A stretch of 56,583 nucleotides of DNA, counting the filler, from Sluysia triapertura (taxonomy: Eukaryota): the NCBI GenBank assembly GCA_046118255.1. It is 4 parts of 4 records of this genome, joined end to end, with 100 filler letters (N's around TTAATTAATTAA, not from the genome) between each part and the next. Parts side by side here need not be neighbours in the genome. Positions count along the whole stretch, not along the records: positions 40,404 to 56,583 come from JBJNIA010209146.1; 3 more parts are not named here. One strand, given 5' to 3'. This document shows positions 50,901 through 56,583 of the stretch, in pieces (the first letter of the stretch is position 1; each line of letters starts with the position of its first letter). Made by a program: the position numbers and the translations under genes. The notes beneath the pieces were generated by a model, which ran no database searches, was not told the DNA's origin, and saw nothing but the letters and a program-made list of their open reading frames with translations.

Positions 50901-53382
50901 TTTTGCCGTAGGTTACCAGTTAGAAAAACCACAGCAATATAAAAGGATTTAACTTTATAGCTTTAATCTTAGTAATACTGTATTTGTAAATTTTTCACGC
51001 CGGTTTGAATACGACAAAATAACATTTTCATCCTAGTTTAAAAAAGAACACCATTGTATTATTTTAAATTAACGTAGCTGAGAAAACTCACCAGATAACA
51101 ATAAATCGAATTTATCAGAGATACGCATTATTTTATTTTTAAGTTGTCCATATGGCTTTCATTTTCAATTAAGTAAATGCAAAAGTATCATTTGAATGAG
51201 CATATCAAAGATTTTAATCAATAAAAAAATTTCGCCCAGTTTTGAATTAATTTCGGTATACTTTAACTTAAAACTGAAACTTGTAACTATTTAAGACGCT
51301 ATTTGAAAGCATTATATATGATACTTATTTAAACGGCAACAAGTTTAAAGGGGATGCTTAAATGCTTGTTACCAAATAATGAAACTATAAGCTTCGTTAG
51401 TGATTTAAATTAAATTAAAAATATCAGTAAACTTTTGTTAGAATTCAAATCGAGAAAAATTTATTTTCAACATGCCCCATTGAAATGACTAGATAATTTC
51501 GAAAAATTGTTCTAAAACACTTTAAAATATTAAGAAAAGCATGAATCATTCACGCACTATACATTTAATAAATACTTAAATTTTATTTTTAGTTTTGTGG
51601 TTGAAATTCGTAACAAATGCGGTAAATACCTTACCTTTAAATAAAGGTAAATTTCCTCCTTAACACATTGTATTTTCATATCAATGACAAAATAAGAGTT
51701 AAAAGTAATTTAACTTTAATGCATATTTATAAAAGTAAATGAAAAATGTTAAATATTTAATGAAAATAAAATAATTTAATAATAAAATTACCTCGCATAA
51801 TTTCTATAAATGTATACTTAGTTAATGCTACATCAAGTTTTTCATGAAAAGTTGAAGCTTCATCTCTTTTTGAAACGTTTATGTAACATGTCAATGAAGG
51901 TGTAATTCTAAAATTTCTAGCAGTATTCAATAAAATTATCCTATTAAATAAGCCTAAAAAATAAAAAAGAATTAAATATACTTAAACTCATTGCATTAAA
52001 CATTCTAAATAATGCATTTAAACAACACTTTGATAGTATGTAATTTAAAAAATAAATTAAAAATTTTTAACAAATAAAAATGTATATATAACAATTTAAT
52101 ATTTAATTTGCAAAATAAACTTTATTTTTTCATTAATTTATAATATTACTTTTGCACAAGGTGGCACACTAATGTTATATAAAAACTAACTGAAATTAAA
52201 GTTATTATGATACTGATAATGTTGTATTAAGATTCGTTTAAGATGAATACAAAATGAAAATAAATCTCATATTTAGTTTTTGTATAGTATTGTCGTTTCT
52301 TTCGGATAAATATGAAACACGTTTGGAAATTGGAATGTAATATATTTAGATATTTATAAATTTTTGCATAGGCCAAACGTTTGTGTTGTTGAAAAGCAAG
52401 CATTCACCAGAATCAAAAGATCAGATAATATTCCTGTGACTAGGGTTAAAAAGGTATGGAAAGCAAACTGCCGTTTTATAGGAGATTGGTGTTTAGTAGA
52501 AAAGGAAGTGTAAGTGTGATTATTATTAAATAGTATAGATATTAAAGAACAGAAAATAGAAAATCTATGTACGATGTGATGGTTCAAACACCTAGTGTAA
52601 AGTTAGAATGCTGTAAAGGATATGTAGAGTTGTCAGGGTTTCAAGGATGTCTTCCAGGTTATATAAGTTTATATTAATAATTTGTGAAAACAATTTTGAA
52701 TTTCAGGTCTTGCGATTTATAAAGTTTAATTACTTTGTTAGGGTCACGACCATAAAAAGGAAATTTATTCCAAGACCGATAATTTATTAATTATAAGTAA
52801 TTACGAACTAATTATATAGCTGAGATTATTTTATATCAAATTAACGGTATAAATTTTACAAATAAAATTATTTGCCATGCATAATTTAATTTTTTTAAAT
52901 AAGTTAATTGTAGACAATTAATTAAGTAACCTTTTCAGTTTAAGAACCTCTTGAGCCGTTTACCAAATTAAAGATATTCAAGATGTTCATTTACACCTTA
53001 CAATCTCACATATATCTATATCTATTTTATTTTCATTTTATACTTTATTTTATCATGAAGTGTGGGTGTATAGGTTTGCTATAAGATACTTGGTGGGCCG
53101 AATGCACTTCTCAACAAACCATGGTTGAATATAAGCAACAAAGATTTTACATTATAAATTATACAAATTGTTAAATAATCTATCGATTTTTATTCAGAAT
53201 CAAATTGCGAATCTAGAGTTTTATCATTTTGCAAAAACAATGCATTATGTTATCAAAACGGTTATGATGCTCATTGTATATGTCCAAAAGGCTATTCAGG
53301 AATATTTTGTCAAAATGGTACGTTTTACAAATTGAAAATTTTGAATTATAATTTTGACATTTTAAGAATAATTTATTTGCAG

Positions 53383-53505
53383 ATGTTAACGAATGTGAAA
53401 AAAATAATGGCGGATGTGATAAAGAATGTTGCAATACTAATGGCAGTTATTTTTGTAAATGTCCACCTGGATATATTTTATCTACAAATGGGAAAAGTTG
53501 CATAG
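53383..53505 (+). CDS. Calcium-binding EGF-like domain exon (multi-EGF protein; MEGF6/fibrillin/LRP-type)
   Basis: ttgcag|123 nt|gt, phase 1-1: [41 protein letters not shown]. Confidence 0.92.
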   Translation: MLTNVKKIMADVIKNVAILMAVIFVNVHLDIFYLQMGKVA

Positions 53506-54119
53506 GTTATTTTAGTTAATGTTAAATCAAACTTAATTTATTTTAAGATTGCCATCTTAACATAAAATGCTTTTGCTTATAAAATTTTTATTCGTATTAT
53601 GTATTATGTATTTTTAAATATAATTATTTATACTGATTACTTTTAAATGTCGAATTTCAAGTATTATAAGATTAAAATGGAAACGTTAAAGTAACTAAAA
53701 CTTACATATTTATTATATTTATAGTTTCTTATTAAGATATCTAGTCTTGTAAACATTTTGGAAAATTGATTCATTTTATATAAAATTAGTTAACATTTAA
53801 TACATTGCGCACTCCATTCCGCCTACATAAATATGTTGCAACTTATTTCATAATCTGAGTCTTCAAAAGATTGTTTATATTTAGTTGCGCAAAATATGAA
53901 TTCTGCTTTAGTAGTATATGCATGCACATAGATACAATTCTAGAGTTAGCATATAAAAAACGGCATATATTCGAAGTTGTAAATCTACATGTTAAAAACT
54001 TAAATATTGAACTTTATATTTTGTTATTTATTACTTTTGTTTTATAAATTTTTGTTGCCAAAATTTTATTAACAATCTCTTATTTTAAACAAAATATATA
54101 TTTAGTATTTTTACTTTAG

Positions 54120-54245
54120 ATATCAATGAATGCAGTACTGGACAAAGTGGCTGTTCACATGAATGTGTAAATCTACCTGGAGGCTTTCGATGTCAATGTC
54201 CAAGTAGCATGATATTAGACAGCGATCGATTAACTTGTAAACCAT
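54120..54245 (+). CDS. Calcium-binding EGF-like domain exon, same gene
   Basis: tttag|126 nt|gtagg, phase 1-1: DINECSTGQSGCSHECVNLPGGFRCQCPSSMILDSDRLTCKP. Confidence 0.92.
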
Positions 54246-55859
54246 GTAGGTATAAGGTTTATAATTGCGATCATTTTTGAGAATTTGGAATTTGCTCTAT
54301 TTTGTTCTAACAATTAAATTCTAAAACAATATCTAAGTGACATTTTACTTTGGTAAAATTTTTAAAATAGTTCACTAGAAATAATTTGAAAAGTTGTTAA
54401 ACTAATGCAAATGCAATTTATTTTAATAATTTTTAGGATTTTTTAATTTTTGCTAAGAAATTTAAATTGTCCTGAATTCTCTGAGTAGCCAACTAAAATT
54501 CATACTAGTTTATTAAAATAAATTTACAAAATCTAATTCGGAAATTATTAAACTATGGTCATATAATGAAAATAATTGCTGCCAAAGTTGATTTTGATGT
54601 TTAAAAAATAAAGGCCGAAGTTTAAGCTCAAGTTAAGACTAAAACTTGTACAAACAATTTGTGTCCTGAAACTGATACAATTAGAACTGATATTAGTCTT
54701 CAACTTAAAGCGGATTATCTTTACTGATTTTAATATCAAAATAAATAGTTATTGTTGTGAAAGATGGATGATGTTTAATGTTATTGGATTTTTGTTATTT
54801 TTAAAATTAAAATTTATTTTATTTTTAACTTTACAAAATTTAAAATTAACTTTTATTAAAAATTCTTCGTTCGAATTTTTTAGTTCAAAACTAATTGTCG
54901 TATCCTCCCTCAACAAAAATTGAAAATAAAAACGTAAAGATTTATTTTTGAAAAATTTTAATTTTGATATTTGACTGCTATGTATGATACTTCTCGACAT
55001 TTCACTTACTAATAAAAAATAATAATAATGATTGTTAACACAAAATAAATAAAAGTAAATATTATTTACCTTAACGTTGTCGTCCATTAAATTATTGTCA
55101 AGTGAAATGCTAGAAACAACTGCAATATTATTTAGTAATTCTGTAATTCGTTGCAAGTTTATGTTGTAAGATGCTTGATCTTGTTTGCTGATCTTTTACT
55201 CGTGAAAAGAATGTGTGCATCGGCAGAACACTCCACGCATTAAACAAATACCTTTGCTATCAGTAAGAGCTGGACACTTCGCAGTTGTACGAGTAAATTT
55301 TTGTTTATTGAACATGTAATACTCATGCTCATTATCTTTATGTCGAGATTCATTACATTTATAATTATTAAGTGGAGAAAAATACTCATTATCATTGTTA
55401 TACCTTTCATTAATCTTAGATTAATTTTTATAATTAGAATGAAAATTATTATTATCATTAAGAAAATTAATTACAATTAATTTGTAATAATAAAATTCGA
55501 AAAGACGTATATTATTTTTATAAATACTAAAAAATCGACTTTGTATTGTTTAAGTTTATAAAATTTATCTTCATAACAGCTGAAGAAACCATCATGTTCT
55601 TCCTTGTTGTTGACTTTTGATAATCAATATATTTCTTCTTCTTAGCTTGCGTAACCTCATATCCCACATTGTTATCTTTATTGTCATTTGGATTATCATT
55701 TTTGGCATTATTGACTTGGCCACTGTCATCTTCGAGATTGTCATTTTGATAATCGTCGCCTCTACTATTTCTAATAGCGTTATGCTGATCTTCAAAATTA
55801 TATGCTCAAAAGTTTTCGAAGTTATCGTCATTAATTTTATTATGATTATGTTTAATATT

Positions 55860-56235
55860 GATAACTAAAATATTAACATCTTTAGTGTTGTCGATCAGGT
55901 TAAATGTATCTTTAACTTTACATAATTGATAGTTGTTATATTTAACATCATTAACTTTATTTTGATCATCTTGAACATTTATAACTGAAACATTATCATC
56001 TTTACTGTTGTTGATCAGGTTAAACTTATCTTTATAATTGCATATTTGATAGTTGTCATATTTATCATCATCAACTTTATTTGGATTATCTTGAGCAACT
56101 ATAACTGGAACTTTATCATCTTTACTAATGTTAAACAAGATATACTGATCTTCATCTTTATATGTTTGAAAGTTTACATAATTAACATAATTAACTTTAT
56201 TCTGATCATCTATAGCATTAATAACTTTAACATAA
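55860..56235 (-). repeat. ~120-bp (40-codon) tandem repeat, about 3 units, in an open frame
   Basis: Units VIVAQDNPNKVDDDKYDNYQICNYKDKFNLINNSKDD / VINVQDDQNKVNDVKYNNYQLCKVKDTFNLIDNTKD / VINAIDDQNKVN... Confidence 0.8.
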
Positions 56236-56583
56236 AACATATTTTTCAACACAATTAGTTATTAGCAAAATCTAACAAGTTTAATATTGCTGCTAAATTG
56301 TAATGTAATTGAAATTGTGTTCGTATTTTTTAAATTAATTTTTTAGTATCATAATTTTTGATATTACCACTACTGGATGGTCATCCAACCAAAAACATAA
56401 AAAAGCAATGTAGGGATTTATTCTGGTTGGTTGGACAATAAATGAATATAAATTTTGGGAAATTATTTTTTTATACCACTTTAGGAAGTTATATTTCAGA
56501 CGCCAATTTGAATTATTTAATTTATGAATATGTGATAAATTTTGAGGTTTAATAATATGGTGTTTATTTAAAATTTTGGATTC

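Noticed and set aside
55617-56258. Plus-strand Ile-rich hydrophobic ORFs
   Set aside because: Antisense of the N/D-rich repeat.

Overview
Very AT-rich, gene-poor, repeat-rich eukaryotic DNA, most likely from an invertebrate animal (GT-AG introns; PKD2-like, NTE/swiss-cheese-like and calcium-binding EGF exons). The window is four contigs (1-11315, 11416-29033, 29134-40303, 40404-56583) joined by artificial 100-nt linkers (N44-TTAATTAATTAA-N44), so adjacency across the linkers is not biological evidence. Supportable genes: the 3' exons of an SR-related protein, a convergent 171-aa orphan ORF, the first three exons of a polycystin-2-like channel, one internal exon of a PNPLA6/7 (NTE)-like gene, a 325-aa intronless orphan ORF and two cbEGF exons. 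The rest is decayed Tc1/mariner, Tc3, piggyBac, hAT, Harbinger, pogo, L2 and R2/NeSL-like remnants. Most ORF-track entries are spurious. The best candidate for a new system is a ~160-bp TGTT...AACA unit carrying a tRNA-Ala-like Pol III gene. It occurs five times, once as LTR - primer-binding site - 48-bp interior - LTR, i.e. a minimal tRNA-bearing TRIM-like element. Two other repeats carry hairpins with compensatory base changes. All alignments were made by eye; no search was run.
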